Shown here: piece by piece, positions 29,632 through 40,036 of the stretch
How positions within the stretch are numbered: position 1 is the first letter of the stretch
Layout of the letters: each line of letters starts with the position of its first letter
Assembly (NCBI GenBank): GCA_943354385.1
Contig: CALRBR010000005.1
Span: forward strand, 1 to 61,352
Length of the DNA stretch: 61,352 nucleotides
Origin: Candidatus Tayloriibacteriota bacterium
GTDB taxonomy: Bacteria > Patescibacteriota > Minisyncoccia > Phycocordibacterales > PALSA-1337
Direction of reading: 5' to 3'
Notes under the pieces: model-generated
What the model was told of the DNA's origin: nothing
The model's input: only the letters and a program-made list of their open reading frames with translations
The model's database searches: none
Position numbers and translations under genes: made by a program

Positions 29632-30177
29632 TTAATAATTTAACTTTCTCTGAGACACGGTGGTCTGTATTTCAAAACTGGTTTGATATTTTATATTATT
29701 TCCCGCCATTCCACTGACCGTAATAAAGACTCGGGGTTGGGTCCCCCCAGATACACCGCCGATTTTAGTAAATTTGAGACTTTTGACGTTTACTTCGGGA
29801 GCGGTGATTACCCCTTCTAGACCAGAACCTTTTTGTTTTGTTATTTTACCTTTATCACTTCCAGATGCTCCAACAAAAGTATAGACTACCGTATCTACAT
29901 TGCCCTTATCTTTAAAACTAATCTTTGAACCGACCCCACTACCTCCATCCGTCACCACATAATCACTCCCTGTATGAATCTCTCGGGTCATACCCTCCAG
30001 CGCCAAATTGAGATTGGTCAGCACTGTCTGGGTCGCCTGAGCTTTTTTAGTAGCGTCAATCGTCGACAAAAGTGCTCCGGTCGCCACCACCACCACTATC
30101 GCAAAAATAGCCAGAGACACCATGATCTCAATGAGCGAAAAGCCTTGCTTTTTCTGGTTTTTCATAGGAGTAATCAT
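29632..30177 (-). CDS. Minor pilin (PilW/GspJ-like)
   Basis: GFSLIEIMVS prepilin site and C-terminal QTTVSQR. Confidence 0.85.
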   Translation of the reverse strand: MITPMKNQKKQGFSLIEIMVSLAIFAIVVVVATGALLSTIDATKKAQATQTVLTNLNLALEGMTREIHTGSDYVVTDGGSGVGSKISFKDKGNVDTVVYTFVGASGSDKGKITKQKGSGLEGVITAPEVNVKSLKFTKIGGVSGGTQPRVFITVSGMAGNNIKYQTSFEIQTTVSQRKLNY

Positions 30178-30189
30178 ATCAAAAATAAA

Positions 30190-30903
30190 CTATGGGGTAC
30201 ATGAGGTGCCAGTATTATTAGAATTTTGCACGGAAATCTGCCCGACACTGGTGACCACGATACATTTATACACGGCATCCGTGGTGCCAGGAGATTTGAT
30301 GATGATGAAAGCTTTGGTTATGGAATCTGATGTTTTGACTCCATTATTCGCCGTAATAATAGCATTTGGCTCTGGGCGTACATAAGTAATAGACAGATCA
30401 TTGACAGGGTTGCTGAAGTCATTCACATACAGGCCGAAGATAGTGTTACCCGGTTTTAATTTAAATTTCAAGATTTTCTCGTCAGGTGGTATAGCGTATT
30501 TTTCATCTGGTGGTGTAGTACCAGACTTCACATCAATAAACTGCGTAAAAGAGTACGCATTCGTAGTTGTATCCAAGACCTTATCAAAATACACTCCATA
30601 GCCATTCCCAAAAGATTGCGTGGTGTTCTGCTGATACGCCTTCACCGAAATACCATACGTCTGCATTTCTCGGATCGAAAGGGCGATTTCGTAGACCAGA
30701 TTACTGAAGAGGATGCCACTGTTGAAATCATTGTTTCGGATCAAAACAATACCTGTGATAATAGCAAAAATAGAAAGAGAAACCATCATTTCGACGAGGG
30801 TAAAACCGAGGGATTTTGCAAATGGAAGACTCGCTCTTCCCCGCGCCGTACTCGGCGCGGGGACAGGATTCATTTTATTCTCTTGTCGTATAAAAAAATA
30901 CAT
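30190..30903 (-). CDS. Minor pilin (FimT/GspH-like) with extended leader
   Basis: GFTLVEMMVS prepilin site, GYGVYFD and GQI motifs. Confidence 0.85.
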   Translation of the reverse strand: MYFFIRQENKMNPVPAPSTARGRASLPFAKSLGFTLVEMMVSLSIFAIITGIVLIRNNDFNSGILFSNLVYEIALSIREMQTYGISVKAYQQNTTQSFGNGYGVYFDKVLDTTTNAYSFTQFIDVKSGTTPPDEKYAIPPDEKILKFKLKPGNTIFGLYVNDFSNPVNDLSITYVRPEPNAIITANNGVKTSDSITKAFIIIKSPGTTDAVYKCIVVTSVGQISVQNSNNTGTSCTP

Positions 30904-30905
30904 GA

Positions 30906-31736
30906 TTATGAAAAAAGGATAAGATTGAGACCGAGCAAATCAACACCAGAAAATAGCGCGACAAAAGTACCGACGATCAGATACGGTGCAAACGGTATCG
31001 CGCTTTTGAAACTAAGCTGTGGTAGACGTAAATACCTCGCCACTTTTTTGACCGATGACAGAGCAAGGACTTTACTGAGCCCCATGACAAGCAGGCTCAC
31101 TCCCGCACCAATCCAAAAACCGAGAATGATCGCCGAAACACCCTGCACCAAGCCGAGCGTCCAGCCGATCCCCCACGCAAGCTTTGCATCACCAAAACCC
31201 ATCCAAGTGCCTTTGGAAAAATACCAGAGCGCCCAGAATGGGAGAAAAAGGATGGGGCCAGCGAGCAGATTCCAGATTTCCGGCTTGTGGATAAGTGAGG
31301 CAAGAGGTGTTTCGTAAAGTAATCTCAGAAGCCCTAGCCCGATAAATGCAAAAACAAGGCCATCGGGGATAATCATATGACGGATATCGTACACAGTGAT
31401 GACGACGAGTAAGCACGAGATGATTAAATAGTACGCTAGCAAAACGAGTGATTGGCTTTGATACCAATACATCAACACAAACAGTAGGCCGGTGACAAAC
31501 TCGACCAGCGGATATTGCGGCGAGATCTTGCTTTTACACTGTGAGCATCGGCCACAGAGACAGAGGTAGCTGACGACCGGAATGAGTTCTACCGCTTTGA
31601 GCTTTTTACCACAAGAAAAACATGCGGATCTGCCGGTAGGTGGACGACCGGTATTATAGCGAAGCGCGACTACATTGAGAAAACTCCCCATCAAAACACC
31701 GAAGATAAAAAAGAGACTAGCGACGAGCATTTCCAT
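30906..31736 (-). CDS. pilD: Prepilin peptidase/N-methyltransferase
   Basis: GSFLNV, RS.C..C, C..C, YD..H..IPD, MGFGD.KL and IPFAPYL motifs. Confidence 0.95.
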   Translation of the reverse strand: MEMLVASLFFIFGVLMGSFLNVVALRYNTGRPPTGRSACFSCGKKLKAVELIPVVSYLCLCGRCSQCKSKISPQYPLVEFVTGLLFVLMYWYQSQSLVLLAYYLIISCLLVVITVYDIRHMIIPDGLVFAFIGLGLLRLLYETPLASLIHKPEIWNLLAGPILFLPFWALWYFSKGTWMGFGDAKLAWGIGWTLGLVQGVSAIILGFWIGAGVSLLVMGLSKVLALSSVKKVARYLRLPQLSFKSAIPFAPYLIVGTFVALFSGVDLLGLNLILFS

Positions 31737-31832
31737 AGGCTTAATTATATACCGAGATGGTCTTTTTCGGAAGGTATACTGGGTAGAAGCATGATGTACG
31801 ATTCAAGATTCATGAATGGGTAAAAATAAAGA

Positions 31833-31863
31833 AAACCCGCGGCGAGTACGCCGCGGGTTTTTG
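31833..31863 (-). terminator. Terminator after pilin
   Basis: AAACCCGCGGCG-agta-CGCCGCGGGTTT hairpin. Confidence 0.8.
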
Positions 31864-31865
31864 TA

Positions 31866-32351
31866 TTACCGCCCTTTTACATCGTAGCATTTGTCTGTTT
31901 GACCTGGCACCGACGCACTACAAAGACAGTCCTGACTATCCCCCCTAAAACCACTTGTCCAAGAGACCCCGGTTGCACAAGAGAAAAAGTTTTCATTTGC
32001 ATTATAGCTTGCTGGATTCATCTGTTCCAAAATTGCCCCCAAATGATAATTTGTAGGACTTGTAGCTGAATTGACGGCATACTTATAATCAACCCCACCT
32101 ACTGGATCTTTCGGAACACTATTCATATATACTGGACTCAAATCAGTGTCCGTAGAAATAGTTGTTGGATATTTCCTATTCTGCTCGTAATACAACTCCA
32201 GCGCCAGCTGTATCTGGCCAATATCCGATACCCTCTTCCCATCCCGCGCCCTCGCTCGAGATGAGCCGAGAGAAGCAATAATCACCCCGCTCAAAATACC
32301 GATAATCGCAATGACCACCATAAGCTCAATAAGTGTAAAACCTTTTTTCAT
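31866..32351 (-). CDS. Type IV pilin / GspG-like pseudopilin
   Basis: MKKGFTLIELMVVIAII, ARD.KR..D...IQLALELY and P.DP motifs. Confidence 0.9.
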   Translation of the reverse strand: MKKGFTLIELMVVIAIIGILSGVIIASLGSSRARARDGKRVSDIGQIQLALELYYEQNRKYPTTISTDTDLSPVYMNSVPKDPVGGVDYKYAVNSATSPTNYHLGAILEQMNPASYNANENFFSCATGVSWTSGFRGDSQDCLCSASVPGQTDKCYDVKGR

Positions 32352-32411
32352 GGAATAAGTATAACATACAACCAAAAAACTTTTTTCTTAAAGTATAGTA
32401 GGCACAAACCA

Positions 32412-32438
32412 CTTACGCAAGGACGGTCCTTGCGTAAG
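32412..32438. repeat. REP-like palindrome GCAAGGACGGTCCTTGC (downstream of transposase 1)
   Basis: Near-perfect 27-bp palindrome. Further copies at 33176-33192 and 11993-12013. Confidence 0.85.
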
Positions 32439-32467
32439 GGGTTATACCCTTACTGCTTACTACTGCT

Positions 32468-33148
32468 CTACAAAACTATAAAATAATCTTCGACAAAGTT
32501 TTTAAACTCCTTTGAATCTTTAAAATAGTCTGGGAAACTTTCGGTAGTGAGTATATTTTTCTCTACCCGATCAACACCTATATAATCCTGATAGCTGGAA
32601 TATCGATACTCTTCTAGAAACTTTTTCATGCCATTTGTCTCATCTGAAGATTGTTTGATTTTATTTTTCCACCCTGAAAATTTTATATCGAGTGGGTTTA
32701 AATGAAGATATCCAAACAAATGTCGCAAATACACATCATCCACCCCAATTAATTTTGACTTAAATAATCCACCAAATAACGCACCCTTTCGCTGATATTT
32801 GATATTGAAAAACATCGAATAACCCGTACCAAGTTTTTTCATAAACTTTGTAATACCGCCGTCTACGTCCTGACGAATCAGTAGGTGAAAATGATTGGAC
32901 ATCAGAGACCACGCGCCAATAGAGACCAGTGGTTCACTTCTATCAAGTAAAAGAACCTCCTCAAATGTGTTATGTTGTCTGGTCACAAGATCGTCAAGCC
33001 GGAAAGAATCTTTTGAATTTGCAACATAGAGAAGCATCATGAACCGTTCATAATCTCTTACTAACTTAAAAATAACTCTTTTGTCTATACCTCGGTTGTA
33101 CAAATGATAATACTCACCGGTGACAAAAGGATCTTTACGTAACATCAA
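32468..33148 (-). mobile_element. REP-associated tyrosine (HUH/Y1, IS200-like) transposase
   Basis: YHLYNRG, LMSNHFHLL (HUH), YLHLNP (catalytic Tyr) and YRYSSY motifs. Flanked on both sides by the same palindrome. Confidence 0.9.
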
Positions 33149-33157
33149 TACAGTATA

Positions 33158-33706
33158 TCAATAGATGCTTTCTGCGCAAGGACGGTCCTTGCATAACACA
33201 TATTTATCTGGCAAAGATACTGGCAATCCTGAGAGTAGCTTTTTTTGTTTCTGGCTACCAAAAACCCTCGCCCACACACTGCCCCATTGCCATAGCTCAG
33301 CCCGATCCACTAGCTTTGCCCTCAATTGATTTCGTTCAACATATTTAATCAGTGTTAAAAGGTATGCATCATTATCCACAAGAAATGATTTGTAGCGTCC
33401 TTGATAAAGGTGCCCACTTCCATTTGTACCTGTCTCTGCATGCACTTTCCTAGTATGCGAATTTGTAAGACGATGCATGAAAATTCCAAGATCCCCATCC
33501 AACACTGGCTGAAGTATTAAGTGCCAATGATTTGGCATCAATGTATATGCAAGTATTCGCATCCCTGTCAGCTCTTGCGCTTCAACAAGCAACTCTAGAA
33601 AAAACTAATAGTCTTTTGGTTCGGTAAAAATCTGTAGTCTGCCGTTGGCACGATTGAGTACGTGATATATTTCTCCCGCAATATCGATACGAGCGTTTCT
33701 TGGCAT
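33158..33706 (-). pseudogene. Second REP-associated tyrosine transposase with internal TAG and truncated 3' end
   Basis: MPRNARIDIAGEIYHVLNRAN..., TAG at 33605-33607, then LMPNHWHL, GHLYQGRYKSF and YVERN motifs. Confidence 0.85.
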
Positions 33707-33735
33707 AAAACAACTATATTATAGTTTTTAGCAAA

Positions 33736-33900
33736 GAATGGTGGCTGTCCCCTTTATCCATAAATATTTACTAATGTAGTGATAATTGTATCAATAAACA
33801 AACTTATTATAAAAGAAAATACCTCCACAGTGGAGGTATTTTCTTTTTTTACTATTACACCACACTTTTTATAAAAGAATGGTGACTGTCCCCTTTATCC
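33736..33900. repeat. Second REP type GAATGGTG(G/A)CTGTCCCCTTTATCC, two direct copies
   Basis: Copies at 33736-33759 and 33877-33900, with an inverted relative at 12993-13014. Confidence 0.8.
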
Positions 33901-33922
33901 CCCTGGTGACTGTTCTGTTTAT

Positions 33923-34339
33923 CTAGTTATTTGTCACCCCGATGGAAGTAGCTGTGAATATCACTGCTGAATCTCTACAAATTGTCGCTGGACAAGTTAC
34001 AGTGATTCTAGGATCATTTGCAACATTACCCGTTACGACGCCATAGACCACGGTACTACCTATACTAGCTAGACTTGGGTATATTGCAGAGACGGCAACT
34101 GTACAAATGTCTCCTCCACCAGTATTGATGTTCAATGGATCTTTTGCCACTGCTGCACTTGACTGGTCTTGGCAAAGCATCAGTGCTGGCACCAAACCTC
34201 TTGCTGTAGCCTGTGTTGCTGCAAACTTAGCCTTTGCTCGGGCAGAATTCAAAGACACCATTACAACTGATGACAAAATACCGATAATCGCTATCACGAC
34301 CAAAAGTTCAATCAGTGTAAAACCTTGTTTCTTATTCAT
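33923..34339 (-). CDS. Type IV pilin (candidate major pilin)
   Basis: [30 protein letters not shown], followed by a variable Cys-containing C-terminus. Confidence 0.9.
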   Translation of the reverse strand: MNKKQGFTLIELLVVIAIIGILSSVVMVSLNSARAKAKFAATQATARGLVPALMLCQDQSSAAVAKDPLNINTGGGDICTVAVSAIYPSLASIGSTVVYGVVTGNVANDPRITVTCPATICRDSAVIFTATSIGVTNN

Positions 34340-34611
34340 AGTTAAATTAATTAATGATTATATAAAATATACTTTCTCCTTGTTTTTTGAATATCTCTGA
34401 TTTCGACCTGTTATGTATGCCTCTTATTATAGCGCATCTAGGAAAGAAAAGGGAGAAGGGATGGGTGGGGATAAAAAAAATCCTCCGCCCTGAGTACAAG
34501 ACACCTCCTTTAAAAAAGGAGGAATAATAAAGGGAGATTCGGGGATGTGGTTCTCTCCCCGGGTCCCTCCCTCTTCCCCGGCCGAGGATACGGCCGGGGA
34601 CCTGCTATGAC

Positions 34612-35820
34612 CTAGGTGCCCTGCGCGATATTGTATATAGGAATAAGGACAGAAGAAAGCAAGAAACCTACTCCCAGACCCAAAAGCACGATCATGATAG
34701 GTTCGATCAGATCCACGAGTGTATCCACTGCGTTGTTGACCTCGCGGGTATAGAAACGAGCCAGCGTTTTCAAGATATTGCCCAGATCTCCTGTCTCCTC
34801 ACCCACCTTAATCATCTGAATCATAATACCTGGTATCTCATCGTTGCGAGACAGCGCATCGGAAACCGAGCTACCCGCCTTGACCCGACTGATGGCATCA
34901 GTGAAAATCTCTTTATAGACAGTGTTATCGATCACATCAGAAGTAATCTCGAGTGCACGAATCATCGGAATACCTGACAAAAGCATAGTGTTCATGTTGT
35001 CGGCCATGCGGGACAAATACAACTTACGAAAAAGTCGACTCACATATGGAATAGATAGCTTTATCTGAGACAAAACCCGTTTACCCTCTGTTGTTCGGAA
35101 AAATCTCCAAAGTACAACCCCACCCACCACAACCAGGGCGAGAAGACCGAGTCCATAATCTACAAAAAAGTCACTAATGCCCAGCACGACTTTTGTATAA
35201 ATAGGAATTTCTTGTCCAGACTCAATCAAAATCCCGCTAATTTTTGGAATCACCAAGGTGAGCATGAGTACCATCACACTGATAAAAGTGATGACGACAA
35301 AAGCTGGGTAAATGAGAGCATTTCGAGCTTTTGAAGTTACTTCGTAGGTACGGTCAAGGTAGTCAGCGAGGTATAGAAAAGATTGATCAAGCTTGCCAGA
35401 CTCCTCACCAGCTCGTACGATATTGATGTAAAAATTACTAAATACCGATGGGTGCTTTGAGAGGGCACCGGAGATCGATGTTCCGCCCTGCAAATCATCG
35501 GAGATTTGAGCTAGATTTTTGGCAAGTAACGGGTTGTCATTTTCGGCAGAAAGTAGTCGAAAGATACGCAGAGCCGAGACCTGCGCCTCAAAAAGGGTCG
35601 ACATTTGTCTCGAAAGAATCACCACATCCTTACCCGATACTCGCTCAAAAAAGGTAAACTTTTTATCAAAAAATGAACCACTTCCGGTATCTTCTTTTAT
35701 AGACGAAATAACGAGCGCCCTACGCTGAAGTGAGGTAATAGCCACATCAACATTGATCGCCTCAATGGCGCCTGTTTTCTCTTGTCCGGTATTATCGAGA
35801 GCTTTGTAATTAAAAAGCAT
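34612..35820 (-). CDS. pilC: Type IV pilus platform protein PilC (GspF family)
   Basis: GEESGKLD, ALIYP, GEETGDL and LIEP motifs. Confidence 0.95.
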   Translation of the reverse strand: MLFNYKALDNTGQEKTGAIEAINVDVAITSLQRRALVISSIKEDTGSGSFFDKKFTFFERVSGKDVVILSRQMSTLFEAQVSALRIFRLLSAENDNPLLAKNLAQISDDLQGGTSISGALSKHPSVFSNFYINIVRAGEESGKLDQSFLYLADYLDRTYEVTSKARNALIYPAFVVITFISVMVLMLTLVIPKISGILIESGQEIPIYTKVVLGISDFFVDYGLGLLALVVVGGVVLWRFFRTTEGKRVLSQIKLSIPYVSRLFRKLYLSRMADNMNTMLLSGIPMIRALEITSDVIDNTVYKEIFTDAISRVKAGSSVSDALSRNDEIPGIMIQMIKVGEETGDLGNILKTLARFYTREVNNAVDTLVDLIEPIMIVLLGLGVGFLLSSVLIPIYNIAQGT

Positions 35821-35829
35821 TGTATATGT

Positions 35830-36891
35830 TTAGATAAGACGCTGAAGATTCTTTGTATCGAAGGAGTGAATATATGCTTGCTCTGGAGTAATCTCCCCCC
35901 GTCGCACGAGGTCCGCGAGGCAACGGTTCATATCAATCATTCCTTCAGTAGAACCAGTCTCAATAACCGTCATAATCTCATGGGTACGACCTTCTCGAAT
36001 AAGATTTGATACAGCATTATTGGCAATCAAAAGTTCATACGCTGGTATGAGTCCCCCAGAAATACGCGGGATAAGGCGCTGGGAAAATATACCTGTCAAA
36101 CTTCCAGCGAGCTGGATACGAATCTGATCTTGTTGATCCGAAGGAAATGAGTCGATGATACGGTTTATAGTCTGAGCGGCGTTGTTAGTATGCAGTGTCG
36201 AAAGGACAAGGTGTCCCGTCTCGGCGGCAGTCACGGCAGTAGATATAGTCTCAAGACCACGCATTTCCCCAATCATCACCACATCAACATCTTCTCGAAA
36301 AATACTAATCAACGCTGTATGAAAATCTTTTGTATCTATACGCACTTCACGCTGATCAATAATAGACTTTTTTGGCTCATATACATACTCAATCGGATCC
36401 TCAATGGTGATAATGTGCTCTGCACGATCGTGGTTGATCATATCTACCATAGATGCGAGGGTGGTGGTCTTACCGTGTCCTACTGGCCCAACCACCAAAA
36501 AGAAACCTTGCTGTTTTTGCGTAAAGGTTGCAAGAATCGGTGGAAGACCGAGCTCCTCAAGTGTACGAATTTTTTTTGAAATCAAACGCAAAGCGATACT
36601 AATAGCCCCCTGTTGGAAAAAGGCGTTTCCACGAAAACGATCTCCGCCAGCATAGTTATAAGAAAAATCAATCTCTTTGTTTGTTTCAAAACGATCTCTG
36701 TTTGATTTGTCGAGCATGACATCTAGCATCCCACTCGTATCTTCCTTTGAAAGTGCTGGGTGTTTTAAAAGTGGAATAAGTACACCAGAAACTCGAATAG
36801 TGGGGTGCCTTCCATCAGAAAGATGGATGTCTGATCCGCCCTCCTTTGTAACTGTTACCAATAGATCATCGAGTTGTTTTTTGTAATCCAT
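35830..36891 (-). CDS. pilT: Retraction ATPase PilT
   Basis: GPVGHGKTT, EDPIE, AAETGHLV.STLHT and AVSNLIRE motifs. Confidence 0.95.
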   Translation of the reverse strand: MDYKKQLDDLLVTVTKEGGSDIHLSDGRHPTIRVSGVLIPLLKHPALSKEDTSGMLDVMLDKSNRDRFETNKEIDFSYNYAGGDRFRGNAFFQQGAISIALRLISKKIRTLEELGLPPILATFTQKQQGFFLVVGPVGHGKTTTLASMVDMINHDRAEHIITIEDPIEYVYEPKKSIIDQREVRIDTKDFHTALISIFREDVDVVMIGEMRGLETISTAVTAAETGHLVLSTLHTNNAAQTINRIIDSFPSDQQDQIRIQLAGSLTGIFSQRLIPRISGGLIPAYELLIANNAVSNLIREGRTHEIMTVIETGSTEGMIDMNRCLADLVRRGEITPEQAYIHSFDTKNLQRLI

Positions 36892-36909
36892 ACTATTGTA
36901 TATATAAAA

Positions 36910-37299
36910 TTAAATCTTACATTTTGAAACGATCTCTACCACCTCATGCACCACCTCTGATGGAATGGTGCTTGCCTTTACAATGTATCCTGCCACACCG
37001 AGCTTTGTTGCTCGATCGATCTCTGTAGACTGGCTTTGATTGGTAAGCATAACCACCACCGTATTCAGAATAAGTTTTTCTTTACGAATAGTTTCAAGAA
37101 GCTCTAAGCCGTCCATTCCTGGCATAATGATATCAAGAACAATGACATCAGGTACAAGCCCCTCTCGCAACATTTTTAATGCATCGAATGACGAGCCTGC
37201 TACTTTCGTATTATGGCCACTTTTAGTAAACTTGATCGAATACATATCAAGGAGGAATCGGTCGTCATCTACAAGGAATACTATGTATTTTTTGTCCAT
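36910..37299 (-). CDS. Single-domain response regulator
   Basis: VDDD, LDIIMPGMDG, LTN and YIVK motifs. Confidence 0.92.
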   Translation of the reverse strand: MDKKYIVFLVDDDRFLLDMYSIKFTKSGHNTKVAGSSFDALKMLREGLVPDVIVLDIIMPGMDGLELLETIRKEKLILNTVVVMLTNQSQSTEIDRATKLGVAGYIVKASTIPSEVVHEVVEIVSKCKI

Positions 37300-37311
37300 G
37301 GTTTTATTATA

Positions 37312-39042
37312 CTACAGCTTGTTGACTTCCTCAATCGGAATTTCGCGGTTGACTGCTTTGATGATTGCGTCCTCTTTCATGGTAAGCATTCCCTTCTCTC
37401 TCAAGGCTTTGAAAATATCGGCTTCTGTCGCTCGATTGAGAATGACCCGCTCGATATCGTGATCCATTTTAAATAACTCGAATACAGCCGTACGACCACG
37501 AGTACCGTTTGGACAATCTTGAGTCCGTTCAACATTATATACATTGTCCATTTTTGGTAAATCTTTTTTATATACTTCCGGTAAGTCCGCAAATTGTTTA
37601 TCGAACATCATTTTGATACTTCCCTCAACTGGTTCGGCTTTTCCACTATTTGGACAGAGGGTGGTGACTAGACGCTGGGCAATAGTCAGTATCAGTGTCG
37701 GGGCAATCAAATACGGGTCAATACCCATATCCATAAGTCTTGGGATCACGCCGGCTGCGGTGTTGGTGTGGATAGTAGAAAGCACAAGATGACCGGTAAG
37801 CGCGGCCTGCACTGCAAGCTCCGCTGTCTCTTTATCACGAATTTCTCCCACCATAATCACATCTGGGTCTTGACGAAGTGCGGTACGAAGACCGCTGGCA
37901 AAGGTATAGCCGATTTCTGGTTTTACCTGAGATTGACTCATACCCTCTATGTTGTATTCAATCGGATCTTCAAGTGAAAGCACATTAGACCCCTCTCGAT
38001 CGACTTCGTTCAGCATAGAATATAGTGTCGTGGTCTTTCCAGAGCCTGTCGGACCAGTAAGAAGTATGAGACCGTACGGCCGAGCAAGAGCCTCGCGAAT
38101 AAGCGCTAGATTCTTTGGACTAAGACCCATCTCATCTATCTTTTTAACACCCTTTTCCTGATCCAAAATACGCATCACGATTTTCTCACCGTAATATGCT
38201 GGAAAAGTCGAGACACGGAAATCGATTTTGCGCCCCTCGATACGAGCAGAAAAACGCCCATCTTGTGGCTTTCTCTTTTCATCAAGCTTCATGTTGGACA
38301 AGATTTTAATACGAGCTATCACCGCACTATGGACCTTGATCGGCAAAACGAGACTAGTATTCAAAGTACCGTCCACACGAAATCGCACGCGTATTTTGTC
38401 TCGCATATGTTCAATATGTACATCGGACGCATTACCCTCGGTAGCGTAACGCAGTATTGTTGCCACGATTTTTGTAACCGGCGCGTCTTCGATGATTTTA
38501 GTGTTAGTATTATTTTGTTCAGCGGTGGTCTTGCCAACGGAAGATGGCAATGTAACACTCTCCTCATCTACAGAGAGTTCGCTTTCGAGCTCGGAGAGCG
38601 CTTTGGTCACTTCCCCCGAAAGACCTCTGTAGGTTTCAATTACCTTGTCAAAATCTCCTTGTGAGATGAGGAACATCTTAAAAGGTAAGTTGATTTTTGA
38701 AGAAATAAAACTGAGTGCGTCACGCGCCTCAATATTGTCCGGGTCAACAATACCCACTTCGAGCACCCCGTCTTTGAAACCTATTGGTGCAAAACTATAG
38801 TGAATTGCCGATTCCTCAGGAATATATTCGAGAAGATTAAAGGGTATATTTTTGTCCTGCAAACTTCGAGTTGGGATATTTAAATACTCACCTTTTGCAT
38901 TCAAAATCCCTTCAGGGCTAACCCCTTTTAAAATCAAGACTTTTTCCAGGGTAGAATTAGGCGCGCCTGAATCCCGCTTAATGGCGGGAATTTCCTCTTT
39001 TCGTATGAGATTTTTGCTGGCCAGTATTTCTAATATACCCAT
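37312..39042 (-). CDS. pilB: Type IV pilus assembly ATPase PilB (GspE family)
   Basis: ASDVHIE, PQDGRF, GPTGSGKTT, LRQDPD and GHLVLSTIH motifs. Confidence 0.95.
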   Translation of the reverse strand: MGILEILASKNLIRKEEIPAIKRDSGAPNSTLEKVLILKGVSPEGILNAKGEYLNIPTRSLQDKNIPFNLLEYIPEESAIHYSFAPIGFKDGVLEVGIVDPDNIEARDALSFISSKINLPFKMFLISQGDFDKVIETYRGLSGEVTKALSELESELSVDEESVTLPSSVGKTTAEQNNTNTKIIEDAPVTKIVATILRYATEGNASDVHIEHMRDKIRVRFRVDGTLNTSLVLPIKVHSAVIARIKILSNMKLDEKRKPQDGRFSARIEGRKIDFRVSTFPAYYGEKIVMRILDQEKGVKKIDEMGLSPKNLALIREALARPYGLILLTGPTGSGKTTTLYSMLNEVDREGSNVLSLEDPIEYNIEGMSQSQVKPEIGYTFASGLRTALRQDPDVIMVGEIRDKETAELAVQAALTGHLVLSTIHTNTAAGVIPRLMDMGIDPYLIAPTLILTIAQRLVTTLCPNSGKAEPVEGSIKMMFDKQFADLPEVYKKDLPKMDNVYNVERTQDCPNGTRGRTAVFELFKMDHDIERVILNRATEADIFKALREKGMLTMKEDAIIKAVNREIPIEEVNKL

Positions 39043-39073
39043 ACAAATAAACTTTTAAAAATAATCATACTCC

Positions 39074-39457
39074 CTATCGGCCTAAAGATGTCGCGTCCCC
39101 TGCTCCGGCTGTGCTCGCTTTTCTACTACCTGGGAGCGGTGCAAATGGATTATCAGTAGCATCACGAGTAGTTTGACTTAGAATCTCAACTCCAAAATCC
39201 ACTAAAGACTTAAATCTAGTATCATCAAAAAAACCATTATCGATATCTAGATTGTTAACTGGTCGAAGGAGATTGAGCAACTTTTTACCTACCTCCACCG
39301 TTTTTGCATTTTGTGCTATGAGAGCACCCTGCTCAACAGTCAGCTCACTGGTAGAAGTGCTGGCCTTACTTTTCATAAACACAAAAACCCCAAAGGCCAC
39401 TATCAAAAGGATGATGACGATGACTACGGTGGTGGTTGTTTTTTTATTATTTTCCAT
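39074..39457 (-). CDS. Pilus assembly protein (PilP position)
   Basis: N-terminal TM and NPFAP motif. Located between pilO and pilB. Confidence 0.6.
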   Translation of the reverse strand: MENNKKTTTTVVIVIILLIVAFGVFVFMKSKASTSTSELTVEQGALIAQNAKTVEVGKKLLNLLRPVNNLDIDNGFFDDTRFKSLVDFGVEILSQTTRDATDNPFAPLPGSRKASTAGAGDATSLGR

Positions 39458-39478
39458 GGGTGAATATGATTATAATCT

Positions 39479-40036
39479 CTACTTTAGCCAATGTGTCTTG
39501 ATACCAACATCATACTGATACACATCGCTCGTATCTGTCGCACGGAATGAAATAGCAATCACATCAACAATACGAAGACTTGACTCAAGATCTCTTAAAA
39601 TCTTCAAAAATGTACTGTACGATGCAGCGATACTGAAGTTTAGTGTCACCGAATTATAATCTTTATTCTCAGTAATATTTGGAACATCTCTTCTACCGGC
39701 CTTATTTTCTTGAGTGTTTTCAAAACGAATATTTTTGATACTCACTCCATATCGTGAAGTAATACCATCATTGATATCGACTATCAGCCGAACATTATCA
39801 ATCGAATCAGGGATCAACTTTGAAATACTCACCTTGTCACTCGATCTAATTTTGTTGAGTTTTACAATCAAGCCATCACGCTTCTTTAGGAGTTCGTCAG
39901 CATCATCAAACACCTTCTGGTACTCCTGACTGCGTGCCCTCATCTCCTTTACAACTTCATAATGCGGTGCGGTAAAACTCGTATATATACCGATAGCTGC
40001 AAGTATTAGGATAATTGGAAATATAAGTTTATTCAT
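39479..40036 (-). CDS. pilO: PilO-like protein
   Basis: N-terminal TM, LIPD and Y..F..IL.DLE.SLRIVDV motifs. Synteny with pilMN. Confidence 0.8.
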   Translation of the reverse strand: MNKLIFPIILILAAIGIYTSFTAPHYEVVKEMRARSQEYQKVFDDADELLKKRDGLIVKLNKIRSSDKVSISKLIPDSIDNVRLIVDINDGITSRYGVSIKNIRFENTQENKAGRRDVPNITENKDYNSVTLNFSIAASYSTFLKILRDLESSLRIVDVIAISFRATDTSDVYQYDVGIKTHWLK

